From Planctomycetota bacterium (GTDB lineage: Bacteria > Planctomycetota > SZUA-567 > H5-PLA8): a DNA stretch of 64,000 nucleotides. Numbering within the stretch: the stretch's first letter is position 1; the number at the start of each line of letters is the position of its first letter. This document shows, one piece after another, positions 46,151 through 56,602 of the stretch. The position numbers and the translations under genes are program-made. Location of the stretch: positions 128,001 through 192,000 of the forward strand of contig JBBRPR010000006.1 in the NCBI GenBank assembly GCA_038227875.1. The letters run 5' to 3'. The notes beneath the pieces were generated by a model. That model did not search any database, was not told where the DNA came from, and saw nothing but the letters and a program-made list of their open reading frames with translations.

Positions 46151-48163
46151 TTACTGTTTCTGCAGTGCATCCACTTCGCTTTCCAGCTTGAGCCGTTCGT
46201 TGAGCTTGTCGATGGCGATTGCGTTCGCCGCGTTGTATTTATTGAACGCCTCCATGTACTTCTTTTCAAGCTGCTGCACTTCCTCCTGACCGCGTAGCTC
46301 GGCCTCTTCCATTTTGTGCATCTGAGCTTCCAGGGCGTCCTTGCCGTCGTCCCGCGGCGGGGGCTTTCCGTTCGGGCGGCGTTGACCCGGCGGCGGAGGA
46401 GGCGGCGGCGGGCCAAGGGCGTCGCGGAATTCCTGAACTTTGATGTGCAGCTTGTTGAGATTGTTCACGGCTTCGTTGCGGGTCACCGTCAGCGCGTTGA
46501 CCTGGTCAGCCCATTTCTGCTGGTCGTCGATCGCTTTGTGGGCCGCGTCCACGGCTGCTTTCAAAGCGCGTTGCACCCTCTGGATTTTCTCGGCGCGCGC
46601 GTCGGACGTCCCGGGCCTCGCAGTGGGATCGATGTCTGCCGGCGTGATCACCACCACATGATTGTCAGCCTGCGGCTGAACCCGTTGGAACTTTGCAGCT
46701 TCGGCAGCCTGCTGAACTTTGAGGCGCGCGGCTTCAGCCTCCGCGGCTTTTGCGCGCTGCAACTGTTCTCCAGTGGCGAGGCGGAGTTTCTCTTCGTCGG
46801 CCTTGGCCTGAAGCGCGGCGCGGGCTTCCTCAGCGGCGCGGGCGTCTTCCACGAGTTGATGCTGGTGCGCAAGCCACAACCCGCCGCCGACCAGCAGCAG
46901 CGCGCCAAAAAGTAGCGCGATCACCGGGCTGCCTGAACTTCGCGTCGGTCGCGGCCGATAGGCCGGGTCGGGCGCCTCGAGAGCGGCGGCCGCGGCATAT
47001 GGATTGAGCTTCGTATTGGGATTGGCGTTGCCGGCTCCGACTCCGATGGCACCCATGGCCAGCGTTTCGTCGTCGGCCGGACGGACCAGGGTTGCGTTGG
47101 CTCCGGAGGCGCGTGCGCGAATCGGCTTGGTCAACCGATTTGTCAGCATCCCGCGGCAGGCCTGGAGCCCCTGCAGCAGAGCGACCGCGTCTTCAAAGCG
47201 GCGCTGTGGGCGCTTCGACAGGCAACGGTCGATCAGCGTCGAGACTTCCAGCGAGACATCGGGGCGATGAATGGTGATCGGGCGGTGCGACTTCTGGATC
47301 GTGTTGAGTACCGTTTCCAGCGTCGTGCTGCCAGTGAACGGCGCATGACCACAGAGCAGCGCGTAAAGCGTCGCGCCCATGCTGAAAACATCGGCGGGCT
47401 TGCCGGCGTTTTTGGCGTCGTTGGCCTGCTCCGGCGACATGAAGCCCGGCGTGCCCATCACGTTCTGCGCCGCCGTCAACGACTGCACGGTCTGATCGTT
47501 GCGCGCCAATCCCAGATCCGAAAGCTTGGCCTGCTTGAATTGGAAGGTACCGCTGACCCGGTCGCGTGGAATGAGAATGTTCTCCGGCTTGATGTCGCGG
47601 TGAATCACGCCCGCCGCATGCGCCGCGATCAGGCCTTCGGTGGCGGCGATGCAGATGTCGAGCGCGATGTCTTCGCTGAGGCCGGCCAGGTTTTCCTTGG
47701 CCATCGTTTCGCGGCAGTACTCACCGCCGGTGCGGCCGTCGACGAACTCCATGACCAGATAGAACAGCCCGGCCTCTTCGTTGACGTCCATCACGCTGAC
47801 CAGGTGTGGCGATTTCACTTTCGCGGCGATCTGCGCTTCGCGGAAGAAGCGTTGAACGAGTGTTGGATCCTGGTTGGCCATCTGGAACGGCAGGACCTTT
47901 ACGGCGACTTCGAGCATCAGGCGGGTGTGCACGCCGAAGTAGACGGCTCCCATGCCGCCCTGCCCCAGTTTGGCCAGCAGGGGGATGCCACCGAGCGACG
48001 GGACGGTTAGTTGATTGAACGAAACGCGCGGTGCCGGCTTGAGCAGGCCTTCGTCGCTGAGGTCCACTGCCGGTACGGAATAGCGGGTCGTGGCAACGGT
48101 CGGTGGCAGGCCTCCGGCCGTCATGGCGAGCGTCTTATCCTGGGCATCGGAGGTCGGTGTCAT
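46151..48163 (-). CDS. Membrane Ser/Thr protein kinase with coiled-coil C-terminus
   Basis: LGQGGMGAVY, VAVK, HRDIKPEN, DLGLA, GTPGFMSPEQ, DVFSMG; TM; coiled coil. Confidence 0.95.
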   Translation of the reverse strand: MTPTSDAQDKTLAMTAGGLPPTVATTRYSVPAVDLSDEGLLKPAPRVSFNQLTVPSLGGIPLLAKLGQGGMGAVYFGVHTRLMLEVAVKVLPFQMANQDPTLVQRFFREAQIAAKVKSPHLVSVMDVNEEAGLFYLVMEFVDGRTGGEYCRETMAKENLAGLSEDIALDICIAATEGLIAAHAAGVIHRDIKPENILIPRDRVSGTFQFKQAKLSDLGLARNDQTVQSLTAAQNVMGTPGFMSPEQANDAKNAGKPADVFSMGATLYALLCGHAPFTGSTTLETVLNTIQKSHRPITIHRPDVSLEVSTLIDRCLSKRPQRRFEDAVALLQGLQACRGMLTNRLTKPIRARASGANATLVRPADDETLAMGAIGVGAGNANPNTKLNPYAAAAALEAPDPAYRPRPTRSSGSPVIALLFGALLLVGGGLWLAHQHQLVEDARAAEEARAALQAKADEEKLRLATGEQLQRAKAAEAEAARLKVQQAAEAAKFQRVQPQADNHVVVITPADIDPTARPGTSDARAEKIQRVQRALKAAVDAAHKAIDDQQKWADQVNALTVTRNEAVNNLNKLHIKVQEFRDALGPPPPPPPPGQRRPNGKPPPRDDGKDALEAQMHKMEEAELRGQEEVQQLEKKYMEAFNKYNAANAIAIDKLNERLKLESEVDALQKQ

Positions 48164-48273
48164 AAGAGTTGTTTGCTTGCACCTCACTAGTGACCTGTTA
48201 ACTTTTGCACTCGTTCAACACCGCCAAAGTCGCTCCAGTCAGGCCTGAGCGCAAACGAGAGGGGACAGGCCTA

Positions 48274-50229
48274 ATGTCGCCGCACATCCAGGTTTTACAC
48301 GTCCGTAAATTCGCAACAGTCATGCTCCTGTGCGTCACCGCGCTTTTTGCATCGCCAAGTGTAGCAGAAGAGAAACAACCTCCCGTCCAAACGTCACCTA
48401 ATCCGACACCAAAGGCGGAATTGGTAACACAACCCGCCGATGGATCGAAAACCGAGCAACCCCGGAGCCAAGGCGGACAGAATCCGACGGAAACTAAAAC
48501 CGACGCTCAAAAGAAAATCGAAGCGTCGATGGACCACCTGTCACCTGTGCGCCCGAACGCCGTTTTTCTCGCGGTTGATGAATGTATTGAAATTGCCGTA
48601 CAGAACAATCTGGGGCTGCGCATCAACCGGCTCAGCGACCGTGAAGTGGACATCACTGTCCGCACGGCCTGGGCGCAATATTTTCCGGAATTCAGCACCG
48701 GAATTCTGCACTCCAACAATGCGCCGAAACCAAGCAACGTCCCCGGCCCGGAAGTCGCCGGCGTCTCGACGACAGACAACGCCGGAACCAACGAAATCAG
48801 CGGCGGATTGACGCAGAGATCGCCCTACGGCACGACGCTCGACTTCAGCATCAACGAAGCGCGCACCAGCTTCGACCGCCACGAATCGAACGGCAGCTAC
48901 GGCGTCAACATCACGCAGCCGCTGTGGAAAGGCGCGAGCCTCGACGTGGGCCTGAAGAACATCCGCCAGAGCCGCATCCGCCGCTTGATCTCCCGCGGCT
49001 CGCTGGAACTGGATACACAATCGCTGATCTTCCAAGTCCGGCAAGGCTACGCGAACATCATCCGCCAGAAGCAGAATCTCGATGTCGACAACCAAGCCGT
49101 CGTCACCGCCAAGACGTTTCTCGATCTCACCGCCGCGCGCGAAGCCGCCGGACAGGTGACGAAGCTCGACGTCTCCAACGCTGAAGTGCAGCTGCAAAAC
49201 CGCCGCTTGAGCGCCCTGCAGGACCGCCAGGCGCTGGAACTGGCGCTCGACCAGTTGAAGATCCTGATGGACGTCGACCTGGAAGAAAACATCGGCATCG
49301 ACGCGCCGGCGGTGGACTTTGGTGACAAGATCGAAGAAGGCGTCACCAAGGAACTGATCATGAACCGCGAAGAGGGCACCGTCGCGCTGGAAATTAAAAA
49401 GAACAACCAGGCGGTCGGCGCGCCTCGCGAACTGTTCCGCGCTCAGCGCTACGACGAAAGCGTAATCCTGGATGAAGCGCTGAAGAACCGCGTCGACCTG
49501 CTCAACTCCCGCCGCGCCGTGGCCGTCCAGAAGCTGGAGACCGCCGCCGCCAAGAACGGACTGGGCCACGAAATCGACCTGGTGGGCAGCTACGGCCGCT
49601 CGATGGCCGGGCATTCGGTCATCGAAAGCGACAACGGTTCGGAGGCGCATCACTGGTCCTATGGCGTGAACGCCAAGATCCCGTGGGGCAAGATTTCCGA
49701 CCGCGGCATCTACGAGAACGCGCTGCTGGAAGTCGAGAAGTCCGAGATCGCGCTGAAGGGTGCGCGTACGAGCGTTCAATCCGACGTCCGCAACATCCTG
49801 CGCAATATCCGCGTCGCCGAAGAAAGTTTGCTGATCCAGGGCCAGCAGGTGGAACAGGCCAAGCGCTCGGCGGAAGCCGCGCAGATCAGTTTCGAACGCG
49901 GACTGCAGAGCAGCTTCGACGTAATCAATGCTGAAAACGCGCTGCTCTCGGCCAAGCGCGGATTCATCAACAGCCGCCTCGACTACTTGATTTTCATCGC
50001 GCAACTGGAGCTGGTCGTCGGCAAGCCGACCGGCCGCGTGAATCTGGAAGGCCAGTCCGTCGGCGGCCTGATCGATTCGCACATCCCCGAAGAGCTGCGC
50101 GAGAAGGGCATGCCCAAGCGCGCCCCCGAGGCCGATGCAACCGATAACGAAAACCCGTGGAACAAGAGTCGGCAATACCGAAACGACTACAAGCCGGACC
50201 GGCGCAATCCGGTGTCGCCGGAGAAGTGA
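48274..50229 (+). CDS. TolC-family outer membrane protein
   Basis: ECIEIAVQNNL, ITQPLWKG, AL.NR.DL, FERGL...FDV. Confidence 0.88.
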   Translation: MSPHIQVLHVRKFATVMLLCVTALFASPSVAEEKQPPVQTSPNPTPKAELVTQPADGSKTEQPRSQGGQNPTETKTDAQKKIEASMDHLSPVRPNAVFLAVDECIEIAVQNNLGLRINRLSDREVDITVRTAWAQYFPEFSTGILHSNNAPKPSNVPGPEVAGVSTTDNAGTNEISGGLTQRSPYGTTLDFSINEARTSFDRHESNGSYGVNITQPLWKGASLDVGLKNIRQSRIRRLISRGSLELDTQSLIFQVRQGYANIIRQKQNLDVDNQAVVTAKTFLDLTAAREAAGQVTKLDVSNAEVQLQNRRLSALQDRQALELALDQLKILMDVDLEENIGIDAPAVDFGDKIEEGVTKELIMNREEGTVALEIKKNNQAVGAPRELFRAQRYDESVILDEALKNRVDLLNSRRAVAVQKLETAAAKNGLGHEIDLVGSYGRSMAGHSVIESDNGSEAHHWSYGVNAKIPWGKISDRGIYENALLEVEKSEIALKGARTSVQSDVRNILRNIRVAEESLLIQGQQVEQAKRSAEAAQISFERGLQSSFDVINAENALLSAKRGFINSRLDYLIFIAQLELVVGKPTGRVNLEGQSVGGLIDSHIPEELREKGMPKRAPEADATDNENPWNKSRQYRNDYKPDRRNPVSPEK

Positions 50230-50246
50230 CGCGGAATTCAAAATTC

Positions 50247-50273
50247 AAAAACGCACGCGGAAGTGAGCGTGCG
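50247..50273 (-). terminator. Intrinsic terminator on minus strand
   Basis: Minus strand CGCACGC-TCACTTCC-GCGTGCG-TTTTT. Confidence 0.65.
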
Positions 50274-50345
50274 ATGGGTGCGCAGGCGCTAGAGTAGTAG
50301 ACGTCCGCTCATCCGTGTTTTGCGCACCCCCTCGGGGAACCCCAC

Positions 50346-50373
50346 AACCCTGTCGTAAATTTACGACAGGGTT
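50346..50373. repeat. Perfect 28-bp palindrome
   Basis: AACCCTGTCGTAAATTTACGACAGGGTT; variant at 30817-30842. Confidence 0.85.
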
Positions 50374-50480
50374 AGCATCTGGTTTGCCGGGTTTTATCTT
50401 TTGACCACCGGTCCAAATTTGACACGTGTAACATTTGAAGCGTTTGCACGGGGTGAAGTACCACACTTACTTCATAGGTA

Positions 50481-50510
50481 AATGTGACCGAATGTTACAA
50501 AATGTTACAT
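50481..50510 (-). repeat. 3 x 10-bp direct repeat
   Basis: Plus strand AATGTGACCG AATGTTACAA AATGTTACAT, the reverse complement of the 3501-3530 motif. Confidence 0.75.
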
Positions 50511-50562
50511 GAAACGCGGGGTTTTCAATTTCCCGTACAACAGCGTTGTTGTACCTCGGATC

Positions 50563-50608
50563 GTATCGCGGGCGTTCCGGGTTGCTTTGGGCGGGACGCC
50601 CGCGATAC
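50563..50608. repeat. Short REP-like doublet
   Basis: GTATCGCGGGCGT ... GGGCGGGACGCCCGCGATAC; shares the GGGCGGGACGCCC core with the MITE family. Confidence 0.7.
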
Positions 50609-50667
50609 ACTCTCTGGGCACGACCGGGCTATTCAGTTTTCAGAGAACAGTGGTAGTTCAACTAATA

Positions 50668-50696
50668 ACTATAGACCGTGAAATGGGTGAAGTCAA
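50668..50696 (-). promoter_or_regulatory. Sigma70-type promoter with AT-rich UP element
   Basis: Minus strand TTGACT-N17-TATAGT, preceded by TAATATTTATTTAACATA. Confidence 0.7.
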
Positions 50697-50802
50697 GACA
50701 TATGTTAAATAAATATTAGGTATTCTCTCGGTCGATTTCCAAAATCACCTTGACCACGCACAATGCGATGCTACATTGTGCATGCGGTTTGAGGGCTGTC
50801 AC

Positions 50803-51324
50803 ATGAAACGACTACCTTTCTTCATCGAGGTCTGGGAGAGCGGCAACAATGCCGAGCTCCGGCTCTGCCAGAAAGTGATGACGCGGCTGTTCAAGCAGGG
50901 TATCGCCCCCCTCCCCTTTGCCACGACCCCGCGCGAAGTCGGCGATGTCGTTCAGGCGCTCCGCAAGCAGCGGATGGAGCCGGCGCTGTTCATCGTCAAC
51001 ACGTTCTGGGCCGAGACGACGCTGCCGGATCTCGACCCTTATATGGGCGAAACGCCGGTGCTGTTCTTCCGCCGCGAGCTTTTCACGCCGAAGGAAATTC
51101 TCGGCCAGGATCCCAACCGCGGCAACACCACCGCGACCATCCGCAACATGACCCCGCGCGAATGCTCCGTCTGGTGCTTCGGCGCGAAGAACACGGACAC
51201 CATCGCCGACCGCGCCGCCGGTGCCGTCGCCAAGTATTTGCAGGACGGCGTGTTCGCCAACATCGAACGCATGAATCCGACGCAGTCGGTCGGGATCGGT
51301 GCGAGTCGACGCGCGTTTGAGTGA
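50803..51324 (+). CDS. Hypothetical protein, paralog of 14594-15091
   Basis: Whole-length similarity to the 14594 ORF; upstream TTGACC-N16-TACATT with extended TG. Confidence 0.85.
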   Translation: MKRLPFFIEVWESGNNAELRLCQKVMTRLFKQGIAPLPFATTPREVGDVVQALRKQRMEPALFIVNTFWAETTLPDLDPYMGETPVLFFRRELFTPKEILGQDPNRGNTTATIRNMTPRECSVWCFGAKNTDTIADRAAGAVAKYLQDGVFANIERMNPTQSVGIGASRRAFE

Positions 51325-51413
51325 AATTTTGAATTTTGAGTTTTGAATTGAGAGCAACGGCAGGCGCTCTCGCGTCAGCACAACTCAAAACTACCAACTC
51401 AAAACTCAAAACT
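51325..51413. repeat. Heptamer (TTTTGAA/TCAAAAC) inverted repeat
   Basis: AATTTTGAATTTTGAGTTTTGAATT ... CTCAAAACTCAAAACT; weaker copy at 46076-46127. Confidence 0.7.
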
Positions 51414-51447
51414 ATCCCTGCTCCAAGCAACTCAAGGAGCGCATCGC

Positions 51448-53055
51448 TCAATAGCTTTGCGACATGATCACGCGCCTTGCACTTGGCTTTCCCGTGAGGA
51501 TGCACACGCCTGCGCCTTCTGCGCCCGGAGGAGCCTGGCCGTCGAGCGGGCAGTTGCGGATTGAGGTCTGGTACTTCTTCGCCATCGCTTCCTCTTCTTC
51601 CGTCGTGCCAGCCCAGTGGACCCACGCGAAACCGCCGCCTTCTTTCTCGAAGAACGCTTCGAATTCCGCGATTGTGTTGATCACGCGGGTGCGGCTGGCG
51701 CGGAAGGCCAGGGCGCGGTCGTAGAGTTCCTGCTGCATTTCGTCGAGGATCGGCTTGATGCGCGCGAGCGCTTCGGCACGCGGCAGGAACGACTTCTTCC
51801 GGGAACGTGCGGCCTTTTCGTCTTCGCCGGGAATCTCCTTCACGAACCGGCGGGCAATGCAGAGGCTGCCGTTGTCGAGATCCTTCGGACCGATTTCCAT
51901 GCGCAGCGGCACGCCCTTCATTTCCCATTCGTAGTACTTCGCGCCGGCGTGGAGTACTTCGCGCCGGTCGACGTGGACGCCCAACCCCATTGCCTTGATT
52001 TCGGCTTCGACCTTATCGGCCTCGGCGAAGACGCGTGCTTTTTCTTCATCGTTCTTGAAGATCGGCACCACCACCACATGCAGGCTGGCGAGCTTCGGCG
52101 GAATGATCAGGCCGGTGTCGTCGGAGTGCGTCATGATCAGCGCGCCGATCAAGCGCGTCGAGACACCCCAGCTCGTGGCATAGACGAGTTCGAGTTTGCC
52201 TTCCTTGTTCTGGAAGGTGACGTCGAACGCGCGCGCGAAATTCTGGCCGAGGTAATGGCTGGTTCCGGCCTGGAGCGCCTTGCCGTCCTGCATCATCGCT
52301 TCGATCGAATACGTTTCCAGCGCGCCGGCGAAGCGCTCGGCTTCCGACTTCGCGCCGCAGATCACCGGCATCGCCATCACGTTCTCGGCGAAGTCGCGGT
52401 AGACGTGGAGCATCTTTTTCGTCTCTTCCAGCGCTTCGGCTTCGCTGGCATGAGCGGTGTGGCCTTCCTGCCAGAGGAATTCAGCCGTGCGCAGGAACAA
52501 CCGCGTGCGCATTTCCCAGCGAACGACGTTGGCCCACTGGTTGATCAGCAGGGGCAGATCGCGGTAGCTCTGGATCCACTCCTTGTAGGTGCTCCAGATG
52601 ATCGTCTCGCTGGTTGGCCGGACGATCAGCGGCTCTTCGAGCTTGCTGGTCGGATCGATTTCAACGCCGGTCTTGTCGGCCGTCGCGCGGAGGCGGTGGT
52701 GCGTGATCACCGCGCATTCCTTGGCGAAGCCTTCGACATGCTTGGCTTCCTTGCTCAGGAAACTGACCGGAATGAAGAGCGGGAAATACGCGTTGACGTG
52801 ACCGGTGGCTTTGAAGCGGTCGTCGAGCTCGCGCTGCATCCGTTCCCAGATGGCGTAGCCGTTGGGGCGAATGACCATGCAGCCGCGCACGGCGCTGTGG
52901 TCGGCGAGCTGCGCTTCGCGGACGATGTCCAGGTACCAGCGCGAATAGTCTTCGGCTCGCGGCGTAATCTTGCTGGCGTCTTTGCCGCCGCCACCACCAC
53001 CGCCGCCCTTGCCGCCCTGCTGCTGCTGTTGCTTCTTCTGATTGCCGTCAGCCAT
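51448..53055 (-). CDS. proS: Proline--tRNA ligase (eukaryote/archaea type)
   Basis: [48 protein letters not shown], terminal Tyr. Confidence 0.97.
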   Translation of the reverse strand: MADGNQKKQQQQQGGKGGGGGGGGKDASKITPRAEDYSRWYLDIVREAQLADHSAVRGCMVIRPNGYAIWERMQRELDDRFKATGHVNAYFPLFIPVSFLSKEAKHVEGFAKECAVITHHRLRATADKTGVEIDPTSKLEEPLIVRPTSETIIWSTYKEWIQSYRDLPLLINQWANVVRWEMRTRLFLRTAEFLWQEGHTAHASEAEALEETKKMLHVYRDFAENVMAMPVICGAKSEAERFAGALETYSIEAMMQDGKALQAGTSHYLGQNFARAFDVTFQNKEGKLELVYATSWGVSTRLIGALIMTHSDDTGLIIPPKLASLHVVVVPIFKNDEEKARVFAEADKVEAEIKAMGLGVHVDRREVLHAGAKYYEWEMKGVPLRMEIGPKDLDNGSLCIARRFVKEIPGEDEKAARSRKKSFLPRAEALARIKPILDEMQQELYDRALAFRASRTRVINTIAEFEAFFEKEGGGFAWVHWAGTTEEEEAMAKKYQTSIRNCPLDGQAPPGAEGAGVCILTGKPSARRVIMSQSY

Positions 53056-53126
53056 TTCCGATTCCGTCTCCTTGTCGATTAAAGCCGTTTCCGGATTTTA
53101 GAGAGCCTGTCGCATTTGGATAGTTT

Positions 53127-53262
53127 TTTTGTAGTCCGGGCGTCTCGCCCGGAGTTCTCAAACCATCGGATCTTTGCTGTCGCGGTAGAGTTCTCGCTGT
53201 GACGATCGATATAAAATTGAGTTCGGTTGAGTTCCTCCGGGCGAGACGCCCGGACTACAAAA
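53127..53262. mobile_element. REP-doublet/MITE-like element, copy 4
   Basis: TTTTGTAGTCCGGGCGTCTCGCCCGGAG ... CTCCGGGCGAGACGCCCGGACTACAAAA. Confidence 0.85.
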
Positions 53263-53382
53263 TACCGCCTCCGTGCAACGCAACTCAAAACTGTCCGCGT
53301 GTTCATCTCATTGTCGCGCGGCTGCGATTCTGGTATTCAATAAACCTCACATCCTGCACTTCCGCAACTCGGAGAACTCCCC

Positions 53383-54309
53383 ATGACGCCCGTTTTTGTT
53401 GCCACCTGGCGCTTCGGTGAAGAAGCCTGCACTGTCGGCCTTAAGTTGCTGACCAGCGGCAGCTCGGCGCTCGACGCCATCGAAGCGGCGGGAAACGCGG
53501 TGGAGCTCAATCCCGCGGTCGATTCCGTCGGGTATGGCTCGCTGCCCAACGCGGACGGCATCGTGGAACTCGACGCCGCGATCATGGACGGACCGGAGCA
53601 CCGCGCGGGAGCCGTCGCGGCACTGACGGACATCCGCACGCCGATTTCCGTGGCGCGGCGAATCATGGAACGCACGCCGCACGTGATGCTCGCCGGGGAC
53701 AACGCGCGGCGATTCGCCGTCGCGCAGGGATTCAAAATCGAAGAGCTGCTGACCGATGCCGTTAAAGCGCGCTTTGAAGCGTGGAAGCAGAAGCCCGTCG
53801 CGCCGACCGTCGCGCATTTTGGACCGCCAACGACTCCTCCAAAAGATCCGTCGCACGACACGATCGGATTGCTGGCACTCGACGCGCAAGGCAATCTCGC
53901 CGCGGGATGCACGACGTCGGGACTCGCCTACAAAATTCCCGGCCGCGTCGGCGACTCACCGATCATCGGTTCGGGACTGTACGTGGACAATGCCGCCGGC
54001 GCCGCTTCCGCGACTGGTAACGGTGATGAGATGATGAAAGCGTGCTTGAGTTTCCAAGCCGTCGCTGCCATGGCGCGTGGCGTTGACCCGCAGGAAGCCT
54101 GCGAGCAGGCGCTGGCGTACCTGCTGCGCAAGCGGCCGAACCATCAAGGCCAGGGCGCGGCGATGATCGCGTTGCGCAAAGACGGCCGCATTGGATCGGC
54201 CGCGACGCGCGCCGGTTTCACGGCTCCGGGTCGCGCCTGGATCTACGCGCGCACCGACGGCGGAAAAGTGATCGTCGGCGAAGGCGCGTACGTCGAAACG
54301 AAAGCGTGA
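53383..54309 (+). CDS. N(4)-(beta-N-acetylglucosaminyl)-L-asparaginase (Ntn asparaginase 2)
   Basis: SVGYG.LP, LDAAIMDG, HD|TIG nucleophile, TTSG..KIPGRVGDSP, ATGNGD. Confidence 0.92.
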   Translation: MTPVFVATWRFGEEACTVGLKLLTSGSSALDAIEAAGNAVELNPAVDSVGYGSLPNADGIVELDAAIMDGPEHRAGAVAALTDIRTPISVARRIMERTPHVMLAGDNARRFAVAQGFKIEELLTDAVKARFEAWKQKPVAPTVAHFGPPTTPPKDPSHDTIGLLALDAQGNLAAGCTTSGLAYKIPGRVGDSPIIGSGLYVDNAAGAASATGNGDEMMKACLSFQAVAAMARGVDPQEACEQALAYLLRKRPNHQGQGAAMIALRKDGRIGSAATRAGFTAPGRAWIYARTDGGKVIVGEGAYVETKA

Positions 54310-54310
54310 A

Positions 54311-56335
54311 TCAGCCGAACAGTTCGACGTTGATCGTGCGCGAATCCGCCGCGCCAGATTTCTCGCCTTTGCGCAGCAGATTCACGCGGAGTTCTCCGAG
54401 TTGCACCGCATAGCCGCCTGCGTGAGCGACCAGCTTCGGAGCGGGAACCGCAATCTCTGCGGCGCGCGCGTCGGATGGAATCCACACGGTCAGGAACTCC
54501 GTGTCGAGTCCCGGCGTTTTCGGCGAGACTTCGACGCGCCATTCGCCCGGCGCGTGCCACTGGGCGCGCGTGCTTAAGTTCTCGTCGGCGTGCATGTCGA
54601 CGGGAAAATTCGTGCCGTCGACCCAGCACTCCTTGCCTTTGCCGCCTACTTTCTCGAGCTTGAACGCGGCAGGCTGGAGCACATGCATGTCGAGCTTCCC
54701 GCCGCCGTTGGCCGTGGAAACATGCGCGCCGTCGATGGCCGGTTCGTTGACCGTGTGCAACAGGATGCGCGGCGTCAGTCCGGCTTTCGCCAGCGTGACC
54801 TCATCGAGGACCACCAGCGTGACGGCCTTCGGATGCGGCCAATCGAGCACGAAGACCGTGTGCCGGACGAAGCGCTTCAGCTTGTCTTTGTTGTAGCAAT
54901 TCGACGCGTCGCCGCAGACGTAACTGAAGCGCGCGTCTTCGCGGTAGCCGAGGATCGTGCCGTCGCGGAAGCACTCTTTCGAGACGTCTTCGATACGGCG
55001 CGGCGTCCAGTCCGGGATGTTGACCTGCCGCTGCCCGCCGTCGTTGGCGAGCTTCCAGCCGCGCATCAGCAGAAATTCGTCGGGGTCGTGAACCACGAGC
55101 GTGTTGTGCGCGATGGTGCGCGTGTAGTAATTTTTCCAATGCGGCGATTCGTAGCCGTCGTAAGCGCCGCTGTCGATGGCCAGTTCGCCCTTGTGATAGA
55201 TCGTGATCTGGTTCTGGTCGCGATGGCAGTGGTTGTGCAGATACACCGGGCTGCATTTGAAGGCCGCGACAGTCCCCTGCTTAAAATCGCCGCGCGCGAT
55301 GGCCGTGCCCATCGTCGGGAAGAAATGCGTGCGCGGCAGCGTATCCGGCTCGACGGGCGCGACGCCGTCGCGATCGTGGAAGATAAACGTGTCAGGCTCG
55401 GCGCCGCTCACGTTAAACTTCTCAGTCCACCAGCGCGCAACGCCATTCTTGTAGCGTGCGGCGACGGCGGCCATGGCGCGATAGGGATAGCCGCTGCCAA
55501 AAATGCTGCCGCTGCAGAAGTAGTCGCCGAAGCGGATGAACGTCTCGTCCTGGCGTAGCGCGTACGTGTACCATTCGACGATGTGTTCGAACCATGAATT
55601 CTGCCGGAACGCATCCTGACCGAGCCCCGCTTCAAGCAGTTGCAGCAGATACGGAATCTCGCCGATGTACGCCAGAGAATACGCGTAGCTCTGCGAAAAC
55701 GAGTGGCCGTCCATGAAATGCTTGTAGCAGGCAAACTTGTTTTCCAGCCGGTAGAGGATCGCGTTGATGTACTCCGGCGCCAGATGCGTGTGCGTGCCGA
55801 CGGTCAGCGGGCGAGGCTCGTGCGCGACGCCGCCGCCCATCTCTTCGCCGATCGCAAGGCCGGCCATCAAGACGTACGGCACCTGGTTGATGCCATGCCC
55901 GGCCAGGAACGTCGCGTAGTGAATTTCTTCGGAATTGAAGAGCGCCTGCGACTGATCGAGCGCGCGCTGGCCGACTCGAACGCGCAGGTCGTCGGAGAGC
56001 GCGCCATGCAGCCAGTCGTAGCAGCAAGCCACCGTCTTCAGGCGGAACGATCCCGCGCCGTAATTGGGATCAACGCCGAGCTTCAGCGCTTCCTCAAGGC
56101 AACGTGTGGCTTGCGCGGAATGATTTTTATCATTCGTGATCTGATACAAAAAGGCGAGCCTAAAGGCGAGGGTGTTGCACGCCGCCGGATCGGGAAGCCG
56201 ATCGAGTTCCCGGGCGGACTTGAGCAGTTCCTTCAGCTCGCGCTGATGCGTGGTCTCCGCCCGTTTGCGGATGACGCGAAGATCGTCCGTGTTGATCAGC
56301 ACGCGGGGATGTTGGTCGGCAAGTTTCCAAGGCAT
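54311..56335 (-). CDS. Heparinase II/III-like protein (DUF4962-type N-terminus)
   Basis: HPRVL, YDW, HCHRDQN.I.IY, LAIDSG.Y, Y..TIAHNTL. Confidence 0.85.
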   Translation of the reverse strand: MPWKLADQHPRVLINTDDLRVIRKRAETTHQRELKELLKSARELDRLPDPAACNTLAFRLAFLYQITNDKNHSAQATRCLEEALKLGVDPNYGAGSFRLKTVACCYDWLHGALSDDLRVRVGQRALDQSQALFNSEEIHYATFLAGHGINQVPYVLMAGLAIGEEMGGGVAHEPRPLTVGTHTHLAPEYINAILYRLENKFACYKHFMDGHSFSQSYAYSLAYIGEIPYLLQLLEAGLGQDAFRQNSWFEHIVEWYTYALRQDETFIRFGDYFCSGSIFGSGYPYRAMAAVAARYKNGVARWWTEKFNVSGAEPDTFIFHDRDGVAPVEPDTLPRTHFFPTMGTAIARGDFKQGTVAAFKCSPVYLHNHCHRDQNQITIYHKGELAIDSGAYDGYESPHWKNYYTRTIAHNTLVVHDPDEFLLMRGWKLANDGGQRQVNIPDWTPRRIEDVSKECFRDGTILGYREDARFSYVCGDASNCYNKDKLKRFVRHTVFVLDWPHPKAVTLVVLDEVTLAKAGLTPRILLHTVNEPAIDGAHVSTANGGGKLDMHVLQPAAFKLEKVGGKGKECWVDGTNFPVDMHADENLSTRAQWHAPGEWRVEVSPKTPGLDTEFLTVWIPSDARAAEIAVPAPKLVAHAGGYAVQLGELRVNLLRKGEKSGAADSRTINVELFG

Positions 56336-56502
56336 GGTGGGATCCTCAAGGGCGCCATCAGTTGTATAGATGACCTTCATATAATATGGGCGAATTAGAC
56401 GTCCTAATTGCGCTTTACATCCGCGAACACCAAGGCAACATAAGCCTCGTACTACCTTTGGAGATCGCGCGGTGTTATGGCGACAATTGCATAGCAGCCC
56501 AG

Positions 56503-56602
56503 GCACTAGGGGTGGCCCAGTCAACGAATTGGCGCGAAAGCGCCGGGCCTGAGATTCAAACCCTTTGAACCTGCTTCAGATAGCACTGGCGAAGGTAAGT
56601 GC
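56503..56602 (+). promoter_or_regulatory. TPP riboswitch
   Basis: GCACTAGGGGTG...CTGAGA...CCCTTTGAACCTG...GCGAAGGTAAGTGC immediately upstream of thiC. Confidence 0.92.

Larger units (their letters stand above)
50247..50662 (-). ncRNA. Candidate ~410-nt structured non-coding transcript
   Basis: Bounded by a near-consensus promoter and a terminator; boxA-like element; multiple hairpins; no convincing ORF. Confidence 0.4.

Noticed and set aside
50683..50710. dif-like site (ATATGTTAAAT resembles the XerD arm)
   Set aside because: No XerC arm ending in ATAA at 6-bp spacing; better explained as the promoter UP element.
52980..53055. Poly-Gln/poly-Gly N-terminus of ProRS
   Set aside because: Low-complexity extension; nothing indicates a distinct function.
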